Assembly (NCBI GenBank): GCA_000004985.1
Contig: GG738928.1
Length of the DNA stretch: 64,000 bases
Source of the DNA: Naegleria gruberi
Lineage: Eukaryota
Direction: 5' to 3' (one strand)
Positions 35,974 to 46,833 of this stretch are shown here, piece by piece. Made by a program: the position numbers and the translations under genes. The notes below the pieces were generated by a model, which was given only the letters and a program-made list of their open reading frames with translations, ran no database searches and was not told the origin of the DNA. Position 1 is the first letter of the stretch; each line of letters starts with the position of its first letter.

Positions 35974-36885
35974 TTATCTTCTTATTGGTTTTGTTGGTTC
36001 TGGTTTCTTCTTCTCTTTTAACGTTGGTGATTTAGCTGTTGTTGCAGAAATAACAGTTGCCATTGTTGACATGTTTTGCTCGGTATTGGAAAGGCAAGTC
36101 TTGATAATATCATCATAATAAATTGCCTTGGTTGTTCTATTACAAAACGTATTTACAATTTCATCTACTTCTTCTTTAGTAACCAATTCCTTATCTCCCA
36201 TCGTTAATAAGACATTTCTCAAAGTTTCTGGATCAATATCTCCCTTAAAATCTGTATCAAAAGTTTCAAAAGCATCCAAAATATCAAAGTGAGTATTCTG
36301 ATCTGGTAAATCATTCAATGCCATAATTTTCAAAAATTCATCCAATGTAACTTGTTTCCTCTCTATTACCTCATCACAATTTGGAAGAACACTCAAATAT
36401 TGATTCAATTCACTCTCTTTTGGATTCTTCAACAGACCTCGCATCAGAGTCAATAGATCCGACAATAAAACGTGTCCCTTCAACAATGTAAAATCATACT
36501 GAGGACCTGGTGGAGGTTCCTCTACTTGTGCAGCAGCTCCCTTCTTATCAGCAACTTTCTTTACCTTTGGATCCTCCTTCTTTACTGCTCCCTTAGCTTT
36601 TGGATCCTTGTCTGCCACAACAGGTGTTGGTTTTGATGGTTTAATAGTTTTCTTTTGTTCATATAATTTAAATCCGTCTGTATATTCCTTAATCAATTCC
36701 GGAGGAAGATCAATTTCAATGACTGGTGGTGGTTGAATCATTGAGACATCTCCCATACTACTGGCAATCATGGATTCCTCCACTTGCTCCGTAACGTAAC
36801 CATCTTGTTGTTGTTCATCCATCAGGAGAGAATTATTCTGAAGGCCTGCTGTTGTGCTCCCGATTGTTGAGGATGTGTCGGTCAT
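35974..36885 (-). CDS. Myosin essential light chain-like (calmodulin-like EF-hand) protein with a long N-terminal acidic and then Lys/Ala/Pro-rich extension; paralog 1
   Basis: The C-terminal half aligns to the myosin ELC pattern: DLLTLMRGLLKNPKESEL, VTLDEFLKIM, HFDILDAFETFDTDFKGDIDPETLRNVLLTMGDKELVTKEEVDEIV, KAIYYDDIIKTCL. The N-terminus has a conserved IEIDLPPELIKEYTDGFKLYEQKKTIKP block followed by a PKAKGAVKKEDPKVKK region. Confidence 0.6.
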   Translation of the reverse strand: MTDTSSTIGSTTAGLQNNSLLMDEQQQDGYVTEQVEESMIASSMGDVSMIQPPPVIEIDLPPELIKEYTDGFKLYEQKKTIKPSKPTPVVADKDPKAKGAVKKEDPKVKKVADKKGAAAQVEEPPPGPQYDFTLLKGHVLLSDLLTLMRGLLKNPKESELNQYLSVLPNCDEVIERKQVTLDEFLKIMALNDLPDQNTHFDILDAFETFDTDFKGDIDPETLRNVLLTMGDKELVTKEEVDEIVNTFCNRTTKAIYYDDIIKTCLSNTEQNMSTMATVISATTAKSPTLKEKKKPEPTKPIRR

Positions 36886-37157
36886 TTTGTTTTTTTTTAA
36901 TTTTGATAAACTTTTGGCGGGTTATTTTCGTTACCTTACTGTATATTTCCTTATCATTAATTCCGAAGAGTTATTTATTGTCCAAGATAATAGTTTACTG
37001 TCTTATTATCAATCTCCTTAGTAGGCATTGTTGTTCAAAGCATGAGGAATATATTTATAGGTTTTATTTTTATATATTTATATAATATTATGAGATTTCA
37101 TTCCATATTCACGGAATACCTTTTCATCTCACATTTGAAATTGTTATATTGTAACAA

Positions 37158-38231
37158 TTACTCGTCATCCTTGACAGGAAATTTAAAAGAATTGAGTCTA
37201 CTCTTCAATTCGAATAATTCTTCTCTATTAACATGGCTTCTAAGGAGAGAACTCGTAGAATTTTGCTTGACAAAGGCATCTTTTGAATTCAAGGCAGCCA
37301 AGAACTTTGGTGAAGAAGCTCTCTTGCCGAACATTCTTGGAGGAATGGCTGGTGCAGTGAATGTATTGACATTGCAACAAAGAAAGTCAATATCTATCAG
37401 TGAGTCTGTGGTTGTACTCACAGCATCACTCAAACATTGTGAGCTACTATAAGTATCAAAATCTGGATCATCATCTGAATAGATAGATATTGGTGTGTCA
37501 AGTTCTATGAGGCTGATTGACATCTTCCTCGATTCCTTACTAGAAGGAGCTATTGGAGCATTATCAACAAGGATAACGATACTACTTTTACGTGAGAGGG
37601 AAGGTTTACAAGGTTTTTGGTTGGTACAAATGGAGGATACTTGAGGAGGAACAACATGTTCAGTAAAATCAGAAAGAGAGGTACCTGAAAATACAGAACT
37701 GAAAGAGGAATCAAATGTTGTGGAAGTGACACTCTCTTTGAATGTCTCACTCAATGGTTCTATTGATGGAGAGGTAGGATAAAGCGCATCTAGGTCTACA
37801 AGCATGAACATGCTCTCACACTTGAAAACTTGAAGGAAGAGACTCAAAAAGACACTGAAGTAGAGATAAATTTTGGAGAGCAGGGAGGGAGAAGATGTAA
37901 TTGGGGAAGAAGAGGTAGTAGTTGGCAAAGATGCCACTTGTTGTTGTTGATCTTGGTTATCCTTCTCAACATGTTGGAATGACGCATCGTTCAAAGATGA
38001 TAATGAATTTGTAAGCGCAGATATTGTAGGGGAATATTCTTGATTCACTGCCTGGATTGGCGTTAATGGTGTTGTTGGAGGCGATGATATTACATCCTGT
38101 TGTTCTGCATTAGAACAACTCTCAAGCTTGAATCTTTTCATACTTTTTAAAGGAGAGAGAATGGTATGAGAGTTTGGTTGTGATGAGATGATTGTTTGCA
38201 AGGAAACGTTCGCATGACTTTCATCAAGCAT
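37158..38231 (-). CDS. Ser/Thr-rich single-pass membrane protein, family member A of a four-gene paralog cluster, ending ...EELFELKSRLNSFKFPVKDDE
   Basis: A 357-aa ORF with a low-complexity S/T/Q-rich N-terminal half and one hydrophobic segment (IYLYFSVFLSLFLQVFKCESMFMLV). Its C-terminal motif is shared with B, C and D. Confidence 0.5.
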   Translation of the reverse strand: MLDESHANVSLQTIISSQPNSHTILSPLKSMKRFKLESCSNAEQQDVISSPPTTPLTPIQAVNQEYSPTISALTNSLSSLNDASFQHVEKDNQDQQQQVASLPTTTSSSPITSSPSLLSKIYLYFSVFLSLFLQVFKCESMFMLVDLDALYPTSPSIEPLSETFKESVTSTTFDSSFSSVFSGTSLSDFTEHVVPPQVSSICTNQKPCKPSLSRKSSIVILVDNAPIAPSSKESRKMSISLIELDTPISIYSDDDPDFDTYSSSQCLSDAVSTTTDSLIDIDFLCCNVNTFTAPAIPPRMFGKRASSPKFLAALNSKDAFVKQNSTSSLLRSHVNREELFELKSRLNSFKFPVKDDE

Positions 38232-38571
38232 ATTAATAGTCCCTTGAAGATATTAAAAGAGAGAGATTGTGGTGCTAATAAGAAAAAACAACAAGGTTGT
38301 ATTGAGGGTGATTGAGTGTTTTTTTTCTGTTGTTTTATCTCGCAATATATGTGCGTAGCGTATATGCGTGACTACGGTTATTAACTAAAATTATCGAAAT
38401 ATCCAACTATTAAGGTGCTAGGAAAGACATTTCTAGGTTTAGAAATTAATGCATCCATATATGTATTGCTTGTAAGAATCCAGCAAATAATTTTCTCTTA
38501 ATGTTTAAATCATACACTGTATGATCAAGAGGAGGCGAAAATTCAAAAATCCTGTGCATACATTCAATGTG

Positions 38572-39807
38572 CTATGGAAATGAATATAATTCCAATCTCT
38601 TCTTGAGCTCTCTAATTTCCTCAATATTTGAAAATGATTTGCTGAGAGATAGTTTTGGAGCTGTTGAAGTTGTTGAGAGATCGTCCCTTGAACCATGTCT
38701 GGTAGGATCACTCTTGCTCCTTCTTCGTTCCTGATTTGTTTCCTCATTACTGCAATTGTCAGTATGCACAAGAGAGGAAAACGAAAAACTTTTCAGTAAA
38801 TGTGTAAAATTCCTAAGGTACGGTATAGAGAGAGTTGAAGATGGTTTTTTCTGTTGAGCAAATGCGTCGTTTACAGTCATTGCCTTAGATGGTGAATGAT
38901 TCTTATTAGTGGAAGCAGCATTTGTACTGATTTTTCCCCACCATGTAAAATCATGTTCATGCATTTCCTGATTATTATTGAGGCATTCAGAGAGAAGATT
39001 ATCATGACCCAATGTTGAAGAATTAGTGGTAGATGAGGTTGGAGAATCGAAGGAACAAATTTCATCCAAAGCAGACATGTGATGACTGGCTCTGACAATG
39101 GAAATGACACAACCTGACAGCCAAACCAAGATGCTCCACATGCTAACTAGTATGCCAAAAATCCATGAAGAGCTGTTTTTTGATTCTCTCAGAGATGATT
39201 CTGCTCCTTCAGTTATCGTTATTGATGATGATCGTGATGGCTTCCTATTAGATGTATTAATCGTTGGTATTGTTATTGAATTATCTTCCTCTTTTGTGTT
39301 ATTACTATTACTCGTGCTATGATCACCTTCGATTAGTGTTTCGAATGTTTTTTCATTCATTACTGCATGTGCATGGTCATTATTTTGCTGCACATCTACA
39401 TGAAAAGGATATGTTTCTGAATGCTCCATGTAATGTTCTTGTTTTGACATGTCATTCATGAATTGTGAAATACTTGCTCTTCTATCATAGTGAGCAGAGG
39501 TTATATTATCAATGGTTGATGTTGTTGTTGAAGAAATTGTTGATGTTCTTCGACTAATAGGTATTGCAGAGTAGGAGGTAAATAGTGATGTTGTGGAAGA
39601 AAGGGAGCTCGTAGATTCATCAGGATTCAGAGTTGTTGATGGTGTAGTGGAATCTCCTTCGGTTATTGTCGTTAGCTGTTGTTGTTCATCATTAGTTTCA
39701 TCAATATACGATGAAACATCCAACAAGGTTTCGTTCAGATTAGTTTCTCTTTTCGTTTTGAATTGAGAAAGATGTATCATCATGAATATAACATGTATTT
39801 TAAACAA
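38572..39807 (-). CDS. Ser/Thr-rich single-pass membrane protein, family member B, ending ...IEEIRELKKRLELYSFP
   Basis: A 411-aa ORF with an S/T-rich mucin-like N-terminal region, a TM segment (SSWIFGILVSMWSILVWLSGCVISIV) and a C-terminal motif matching A, C and D. Confidence 0.5.
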   Translation of the reverse strand: MFKIHVIFMMIHLSQFKTKRETNLNETLLDVSSYIDETNDEQQQLTTITEGDSTTPSTTLNPDESTSSLSSTTSLFTSYSAIPISRRTSTISSTTTSTIDNITSAHYDRRASISQFMNDMSKQEHYMEHSETYPFHVDVQQNNDHAHAVMNEKTFETLIEGDHSTSNSNNTKEEDNSITIPTINTSNRKPSRSSSITITEGAESSLRESKNSSSWIFGILVSMWSILVWLSGCVISIVRASHHMSALDEICSFDSPTSSTTNSSTLGHDNLLSECLNNNQEMHEHDFTWWGKISTNAASTNKNHSPSKAMTVNDAFAQQKKPSSTLSIPYLRNFTHLLKSFSFSSLVHTDNCSNEETNQERRRSKSDPTRHGSRDDLSTTSTAPKLSLSKSFSNIEEIRELKKRLELYSFP

Positions 39808-40190
39808 TTAGTGTGTGAAGAAAAATTCGCACAGTTACTGAGAGGACTGTTTTTTACTGCTTGTTGGAGTAAACTATAATGTTGTGATGAGTGTTTAGCT
39901 ATTTTGTTTCTTATTGCGACAAAAAGTAAGAAAGGAAGGCAGGGTTGACAATTTAGGGGTAAAACATTTGTGCACAAAGTACCTTTAAGGAAGGCACTCT
40001 ATACATTTCAGTCACTCCTCATTGTAAACACTCAACTGAACTGGTGTGCAAAAGATGCAAAAAAGTATTGCGTCTATTTTAACCAACTTGGTAAGAATGG
40101 AAACTCTTCACACTATTGAGTCTCTCTTGGGGTGAGGTGATTCGAGAACTAGGTTAGATTCATTATTGTTGTTTTACACCAAGAATTGAA

Positions 40191-41441
40191 TTACGGAAAT
40201 TTGTAATTTTCTAACCTTTCCTTGAGGTAAATTACTTCTTCCATTGTAAAATTTTGCAAATAATTGTGATGATGTTGAGAATGCATTGGAATTGCCTCTG
40301 TGTTAGAAGGTACATTTCTATCAAAATTAAGGATCTCGTCCTGAAGACAATTAGTTTCATTTTGGTAACGTCTTGTTTTGAGCTTTGAGTTTTTTCTCTG
40401 GGGCCTTTCGTCTGCATTTAATTCGCATTTGGTAGCTAAGGTTTCGATATTTGGCTCTTCATTATTCTTCAGTTCACCGTAAACTTTGCCCATTGCCATG
40501 TTTGTTAATTCTTTTGTCTTGGGTATGTCACCACTCGTCCATGAATTGTATTTCATTGAAATGTCTTCATGTTTTGGTGATTCGAATGTGATGGTTGCTT
40601 GTTGGTTTCTAGGTGATGCTGCCGTCTCAATTGCATTCCACGAACTACAGTTATTATGTCCACCCAATTGTTGAAATGATTGTGTTTGCCTATTATTCGA
40701 ATGTTTTGGTGTATTATTCATTGAAGAGCTCTCTGAATTAAACACAAGCTCAGATCGATCCAATTTCCAAAAGATTGTTGTTCTCTTCACTCTCGGTGAG
40801 GATTTCATCTCAGCAGGTGATGTTGGAAAGCTAATTGCTTTTCTACACAATGTTGGATCCAAATAATGATTCATTAAGGTGTGAATATCATCTTTTGAAG
40901 CTGAGGTGTGAAAAGTATGACATTTGGCTGTGCAGCCATAGCTTGTTAATTCTTTGGCTGCCGATTCATCCATTGAATTTCTCGTAGTAATTTCATCACA
41001 TGGTGACTCTACACAAACTCCCACAATGGTATGTCTTCTGTGTGCTCGTTTGAATGCACTTTCTTTCTTTGAAAGTTTTCGATTGATATTGGAAATTTTG
41101 ATAGAGATGGAACGAGACAAGTTTCTATCATCATGTAAAAGCTCGAGATGGGAATGATTGTACAATTGATCTTCGCTTTCTTCCTGTGCTAACAAGTGTT
41201 GGAGAATTGAATTGGTCATTACCAGACTTTCATTCCTTTCATCAACTCCTGCACTTCCGAGGCCACTGGCCAATCTTCCAACACTAAATATTAATTGAAT
41301 TAAATTCAACAGACAAAGAAGCCAATCATAGAATATGTGCAGAATGGTCTTGCTGCCCGATGATGAATTATTACTCTCAATAGTGGTGGTATCACTGCTA
41401 TTGTTGTTATTTGATGATGTATTTGAAGAATTATTCGTCAT
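40191..41441 (-). CDS. Ser/Thr/Asn-rich single-pass membrane protein, family member C, ending ...EEVIYLKERLENYKFP
   Basis: A 416-aa ORF with an N-terminal poly-S/N stretch, a TM segment (ILHIFYDWLLCLLNLIQLIFSVG), a long tail and the conserved C-terminal motif. Confidence 0.5.
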   Translation of the reverse strand: MTNNSSNTSSNNNNSSDTTTIESNNSSSGSKTILHIFYDWLLCLLNLIQLIFSVGRLASGLGSAGVDERNESLVMTNSILQHLLAQEESEDQLYNHSHLELLHDDRNLSRSISIKISNINRKLSKKESAFKRAHRRHTIVGVCVESPCDEITTRNSMDESAAKELTSYGCTAKCHTFHTSASKDDIHTLMNHYLDPTLCRKAISFPTSPAEMKSSPRVKRTTIFWKLDRSELVFNSESSSMNNTPKHSNNRQTQSFQQLGGHNNCSSWNAIETAASPRNQQATITFESPKHEDISMKYNSWTSGDIPKTKELTNMAMGKVYGELKNNEEPNIETLATKCELNADERPQRKNSKLKTRRYQNETNCLQDEILNFDRNVPSNTEAIPMHSQHHHNYLQNFTMEEVIYLKERLENYKFP

Positions 41442-42727
41442 GATGAAAAAGTTCTTGGTTTTGATGAAGGCGATGCTGATGAGGAATTTGATATTTGTTT
41501 ACAGAACAAATCATCAATGAATGTGGTGAACCAGTTCTTGAATCTGCTAGCAGATTAGAATGTCCAACAACAAGTTTCCTAATCACAACAACAAATCTCC
41601 TCTGTGTTGTTTTAAAAAGGAAGTAATTGGTAAATTGAAAATTATTGGTAAAATCTAACGAGAACACGTGATAAGTCGACCAGAGTCTGGATAATACGCT
41701 CCTCTCAGAACTTTGTTCCAATGATTAATAAAACAATCTTATATTGTTGCCTATTGATGTTTTGTTGGTTTGTTTTTTGAAAGAGAAACATCAACAATAC
41801 CTGTTGCAACCCAACAGCAAATTCGGAAGGAGGACAAATTTGTTTTTAGACACCTGGGTAGCACAAATGGTCACACTGCTATTCGCACAACAATGAATCT
41901 TAATACTGTGTGTTATATTTTAATAAGCACGCATTTCTGAAGATTGAGATTCTATGGCGCTTTGGAGTCTAATTCGGATCTTAATGTTTACAGAAGATAA
42001 ATGTTTAAGATATTAATAGTCATACCAATACTAATTATTGTCTTGGTCAAGTCTTGCCGTGATCATATTGCCGAATAACAGTTCTCATCAAAAAGTGTAA
42101 TATTGATGAATATGGTGATGAGGACAACATTCTAGATATCAATTTTTGACCGTATGAAATCCAAATGAATATCATAATGAATAGTAATGAACTGCATCTT
42201 GATCGTAAATGTTGAAGGGATCATATCAATTTGTAGAGAAAGGTTCCTTTTTCAATTAGGAAAATAACTGATGGTTTCTGAATTATTTCACCACATATCA
42301 AGCATGAAAATAAAGATCTACTCATCTGTTCATCGATGAAAGTAATCAATAAGTGGGTGAATGGATACAGCAACTTGAAGAAAGGTTTAGTCCTAGTAAT
42401 ACATGAAGACAGTTATTATGATCCTACTGATGATAATTAAATTGTCGTTGTATTACAATACTACAATAATACTTATTACCAAATTATTGACCTTGTATGC
42501 CATCTATTGAAACAGATCATTGTAACCAATTGGTCTCTTATCATTTTAATCCAAAAGTACTTTCTTTTTTGTGGTTGGTGTTCTTGCATCTTCCGTGTTC
42601 ACTTCTTTCTAAAAAAGGTCGTTCTTTTTCCCTGAATTGAGAAAATTGAAGCAAATCATGATAATAAATAGCAACGACTTCATTTCATATATTACAATCA
42701 AAACAAAAGAACAACAATCCTAACACA

Positions 42728-43525
42728 ATGATAAACACTTCTGATATTGCCACACAAAACTATTTCAATGATCATTCCATGTCATTGAAAATTCAATCGA
42801 TTTCGAATAGTAATTTCATCTTGCTTTCCTTCATGATGAGCATGTACTTGCTGACAGTTGGCTACTATTTAATCTTGCTGACAGAATGGTTCATCCATAA
42901 ACTCGTAGCTAAAAGACATTCTCTGTATAATAACAATAACTGTGTTGATGACAATTCGCCAACAATGATCAAAAACCAACAAGACGATAGTAATAATAAT
43001 AATTCTGTAATATATACAACAACAACCAACAACGAGTCATCACAACAACAATTAATTAATTCAGAATGTACATTATCCGAGACACCAGAAAATACAAATT
43101 CAAATAATAATCAACACGAAAATGATGAAAGCCTTGCTTCTTATATTCATCCAGATCTTTCTCCATCATCAGTAACTTCAACCTCCGAGAGTATTTTCAC
43201 CTCCAAACCAGCCACAGAGACTGTGCAAGCCGAATCTCTGCTCACCATCTTTAAAGAATTGGTTCAAAGAGTCATTGATATTGAAAAGGAGTGGACAAGA
43301 ATAATTTCTTCCCAATTGGAGAATAGCAAATTGGTTTACTATCATGATAGTTCTGATTCATCGTTGTGTTGTTCGAACTCTTCATCCTCCTCTTCTGATG
43401 ACTATTGTTATGAGAGTGGTAGAACAACTTTCCAGAATGTGAGAATGAGAAGAACAGCCAAATCACCAACCATGAAACGAATGAATTCCTTCCAATTTCC
43501 TCGTGGTATCAACTTTGCTCTGTAA
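42728..43525 (+). CDS. Ser/Thr/Asn-rich membrane protein, family member D, ending ...MKRMNSFQFPRGINFAL; divergent orientation relative to C
   Basis: A 265-aa ORF with a TM segment (ILLSFMMSMYLLTVGYYLILLTEWFI), an S/N/Q-rich middle and a C-terminal NSFQFP block like the NSFKFP of member A. Confidence 0.45.
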   Translation: MINTSDIATQNYFNDHSMSLKIQSISNSNFILLSFMMSMYLLTVGYYLILLTEWFIHKLVAKRHSLYNNNNCVDDNSPTMIKNQQDDSNNNNSVIYTTTTNNESSQQQLINSECTLSETPENTNSNNNQHENDESLASYIHPDLSPSSVTSTSESIFTSKPATETVQAESLLTIFKELVQRVIDIEKEWTRIISSQLENSKLVYYHDSSDSSLCCSNSSSSSSDDYCYESGRTTFQNVRMRRTAKSPTMKRMNSFQFPRGINFAL

Positions 43526-43852
43526 AATAAAACTTAATATATGATCCCTTTAATTCATCATTAAAAATCTAACCGTTACACAAATTCCCTCCAAGAGAAT
43601 TAGCTGGAAAAAAATATTTCTATTCAACACAATAATATGAATTCCCTCTGCAAGAGTTTCACTTCATCATCATGAAGGAAATTCTTTGGTAATTCCTCTA
43701 GAAACTATTTCAAACTATATGAAGAGGAGAAGTATCCCGAATCAAGATCATCAATATATTAAACAAAATAACTCTATTCAATAATATTATAGTTGATAGT
43801 GTTATAATAACTACTTCATTAGAAATATATTCATAATAATAATAATTAGAAA

Positions 43853-45172
43853 ATGGTCATGTTAGAAAAACAAACTTGTTTGAATTTTGGTGCTAGTGAG
43901 ACTTCCTCTTTTTCCTTTGGTGCTGCTACAACTGCTGCTTCCACTTCCAATACCAACACTTCTTCCACAACAACCACTACAACTTCTCAACCAGTTAGCT
44001 CTTCCTTTGGTACTACCACAACACCTTCAGCAACTACATTTTCCTTTCAACCACTTCCAACAACAACAACAAGTAACAATACCAAACCAATAACAGGTTC
44101 CTGCTTTGGTACAACACCAAATCCTACAAGTACACAACCTCCTTTGGCAAGCACTGGTGCAACTTTTGGATCTTTTTCAGCTACACAAGCTCCTAGTTCT
44201 ACTGGAGGATTTGGTACATCACCATTTGGTTCTGTTCAAGCCACCACTGCAAGCAACAGCAATCCATCTGTTGGTTTTAATTTGAATTGTACATCTACCG
44301 TATTCCAAACCTCTACCGTCAATACTGGAGATTATATTCCTCTTAGTGGTCCTAATGGTATTGATTTGATTAAAAAGTGCACTAATTTCAGCGATTTGGA
44401 TATTAAGATTCTTTCCAATGACAAAGTATACACTACTTTAAGTTGCAACAGAGTACTAATCACTAATTTATCCGACAAATTCGATAAATTGGTCAAGAAT
44501 AAGATTGTTAAGGATTCTGACAAGTTTATTCTCACAATTTCTACTGAGGAATTTGAATCAAGTATTGGAAAAATTGATGCTCAAGTTTTGACTCACTTGT
44601 TTGAATGTATTGTTAGGGAATCAACTCAAGTGCATGTTAATCACTCATTCCATTTACTGGTTCTTCTCAATCAATTGGATTTATTGAGTACTATGAGAAT
44701 TTTAAGAAACTTGATTTGTAACAGCTTTACACAACCACATGCTCTTTTATTCGCCACTAAATTCAATAATTACTATACTGAAGGTCGTACGGTTAATGTT
44801 GAATTAATGAGTTTGTTCCTCACCTCTATTAACAATGTAGTTGGTGGAATTGACAAGATTTCAAATCAATTTGCGTTTGGAAAAATTAATCAACATCTCT
44901 TAGAACATTTCCTCAGCTCTAAATCCAAGACAGCTCCTTTGAGATGCATCTTTCATTCTATTGATATTTGGTTGGAAAGCAACAAGACCATTGCAAGTGA
45001 TCCTATTCAAGTGGCCACTCTTGTTGATTCCATTCATTTAGAAGCATCAAAGGATCATTCTCAAATTATTTCAACTCTCAGTTGTTGCCCATCCAGATTC
45101 CAATTCCTCAATACTTTGGATCCAGTTATGCGTTTGAAACTTATTCACAAACATGCCCTTCTCATTAAATAA
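43853..45172 (+). CDS. FG-repeat (nucleoporin-like) low-complexity N-terminus followed by a globular C-terminal domain, possibly BTB-like; hypothetical
   Basis: The N-terminal 150 aa are rich in S/T with repeated FG dipeptides (SFGAAT, SFGTTT, CFGTT, TFGSFS, GFGTSPFGS). The C-terminal segment DIKILSNDKVYTTLSCNRVLITNLSDKFDKLV...FILTISTEEFESSIGKIDAQVLTHLFECIV resembles a BTB fold. Confidence 0.45.
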   Translation: MVMLEKQTCLNFGASETSSFSFGAATTAASTSNTNTSSTTTTTTSQPVSSSFGTTTTPSATTFSFQPLPTTTTSNNTKPITGSCFGTTPNPTSTQPPLASTGATFGSFSATQAPSSTGGFGTSPFGSVQATTASNSNPSVGFNLNCTSTVFQTSTVNTGDYIPLSGPNGIDLIKKCTNFSDLDIKILSNDKVYTTLSCNRVLITNLSDKFDKLVKNKIVKDSDKFILTISTEEFESSIGKIDAQVLTHLFECIVRESTQVHVNHSFHLLVLLNQLDLLSTMRILRNLICNSFTQPHALLFATKFNNYYTEGRTVNVELMSLFLTSINNVVGGIDKISNQFAFGKINQHLLEHFLSSKSKTAPLRCIFHSIDIWLESNKTIASDPIQVATLVDSIHLEASKDHSQIISTLSCCPSRFQFLNTLDPVMRLKLIHKHALLIK

Positions 45173-45550
45173 AGAATTATTGAACTGCATCAAATTTTCA
45201 CTTTAAGCATAGGGAATAACATGTTTTCAAATATCTTTCTTTTGAAAGCATAGTATGAGAGGATATATTGTACGGAATGGATTTCCTTCATTCCTCATAA
45301 CAAGAATCTCCAGAAAGAAATATTTGAGAAAGGAGAATGAAACAATACAAACTTATCGTTTAATTAAGTGAAATACTGTGGCAATTTTCGCCAATCGTCG
45401 ATCGCCAAAATGTGTGTACTCATTGTAGACCAGAGACGTTAATAAATATTACAATTTAGAGTTTTCTTTTATTTTATTTACATAAAGATTCAATTTGAAA
45501 TAAACTAGACACTGTAATTTTATAGGAAAGTAAAAGCAAATAGATGATAT

Positions 45551-46537
45551 TTATTTGGTTGCCTTCTTCTTAGTTCCCTTTTTAGCAGTCTTTGGTGGAG
45601 GAGGATCGTGTACATTTGTGTTAGACAAACAGGTCTTTAAGAATTCATCATAGGCAATGCTCTTGTTTTCTGGATTGGTGAATGTAAGAAGAATTTCATC
45701 AATTTCTTCTTGTGTCATTAAATCCTTTTCTCCCATAGTTGCTAAAATGAATTTGAGTTTTTCAGGTTCAAATTCTCCCTTAAAATCATCGTCAAAAGTT
45801 TCAAAAGCATCCAAAATTTTAAAGTGATCGTCTTGATTAGGAATTGGTGCATTTTGCATAATTCTTAAAAATTCATCAAGATTAAGTTGACATCTATTAA
45901 CTACTTCCTCAGAATTTGGAAGTATGCTTAGGTAGAGAGGAAGATCTTTTTCCTTTGGATTCTTCATTAATGCTCTCATCAGTGTCAGTAAATCAGAAAT
46001 CAAAACGTGACCTTTTAAAATGGTAAATGTTGGTTGAGGAGGAGCTTGCACTGCTGGTTCAACTACAGTCTTATCATTCTTTCCTCCCTTTTTATCTGTT
46101 CCCTTCTTTGCAGGTGCACTCTTCTTTTTATCATCTCCCTTCTTTGCACCCTTCTTATCGTCTCCTTCAGCAGGTGGTTGTGCTTTACCTGGTTTAATCG
46201 TCTTTTTAGCTTCATATAATTTAAATGCATCAGTATATCTCTTGATAATATCAGGAGGAATATCTTCTGGTTTTAAAATCATTGAGGAGGATAATCCCTT
46301 TCCAGATAATGATGTTGCAGGTCTGCTAGAGTCCCTAGTCATGTTTGGATCGGCAAAGGATGAATCTAGATTCATTCCTGACATATTCCCAATACCTGAC
46401 ATGTTATTCAATCCCGATGCATTATTAATACCTGAAATATTCAAATTAGACCCTTCCTCCACAGCAGCCATCGATATCGAATCATTCAATCCATAATTCG
46501 GAGTTGGTGTTCTTGGTAATTCCTCAGCTGTTGCCAT
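45551..46537 (-). CDS. Myosin essential light chain-like EF-hand protein with a Lys-rich N-terminal extension; paralog 2
   Basis: Alignable with 35974..36885 along its whole length: PEDIPPDIIKRYTDAFKLYEAKKTIKP, TILKGHVLISDLLTLMRALMKNPKEKDL, HFKILDAFETFDDDFKGEFEPEKLKFILATMGEKDLMTQEEIDEIL. The lysine-rich middle reads GDDKKGAKKGDDKKKSAPAKKGTDKKGGKNDK. Confidence 0.6.
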   Translation of the reverse strand: MATAEELPRTPTPNYGLNDSISMAAVEEGSNLNISGINNASGLNNMSGIGNMSGMNLDSSFADPNMTRDSSRPATSLSGKGLSSSMILKPEDIPPDIIKRYTDAFKLYEAKKTIKPGKAQPPAEGDDKKGAKKGDDKKKSAPAKKGTDKKGGKNDKTVVEPAVQAPPQPTFTILKGHVLISDLLTLMRALMKNPKEKDLPLYLSILPNSEEVVNRCQLNLDEFLRIMQNAPIPNQDDHFKILDAFETFDDDFKGEFEPEKLKFILATMGEKDLMTQEEIDEILLTFTNPENKSIAYDEFLKTCLSNTNVHDPPPPKTAKKGTKKKATK

Positions 46538-46833
46538 TTTGTATTTTCAATTATTATTATTAAACCTCTTCTATATTATTTATATTAAATTACTCGTATT
46601 AATCTATCTGTACAATTATTCTCTGTGTTGAAAATATGGTGTGTGCTCTGCCTAAATAATTTCTAATGCATTGAGCAATAAAAAATCAACTTGTTTCTAG
46701 CCTGCCGAAAATGTTCTTCTTTAAAAACAACCTTCCAAAGTTGTTTCTTTTTTTTTGTAGTTAGTTTTTCATCGTAGATGAATTTGGCGGTTCTTTTTTG
46801 GAACTGGTCATTCTAGGATTCTTTCAAAAAAGG

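Noticed and set aside
36852-41721. Plus-strand ORFs 36852..37085, 37042..37452, 39098..39322, 39264..39461, 40486..40674, 40954..41157, 41335..41520 and the minus-strand ORFs 37550..37750, 38505..38771, 38877..39110, 39780..39977, 40232..40417, 41431..41721
   Set aside because: They are antisense or alternative-frame ORFs embedded in the low-complexity S/T-rich paralog genes. Their composition follows from the opposite strand's codon bias.
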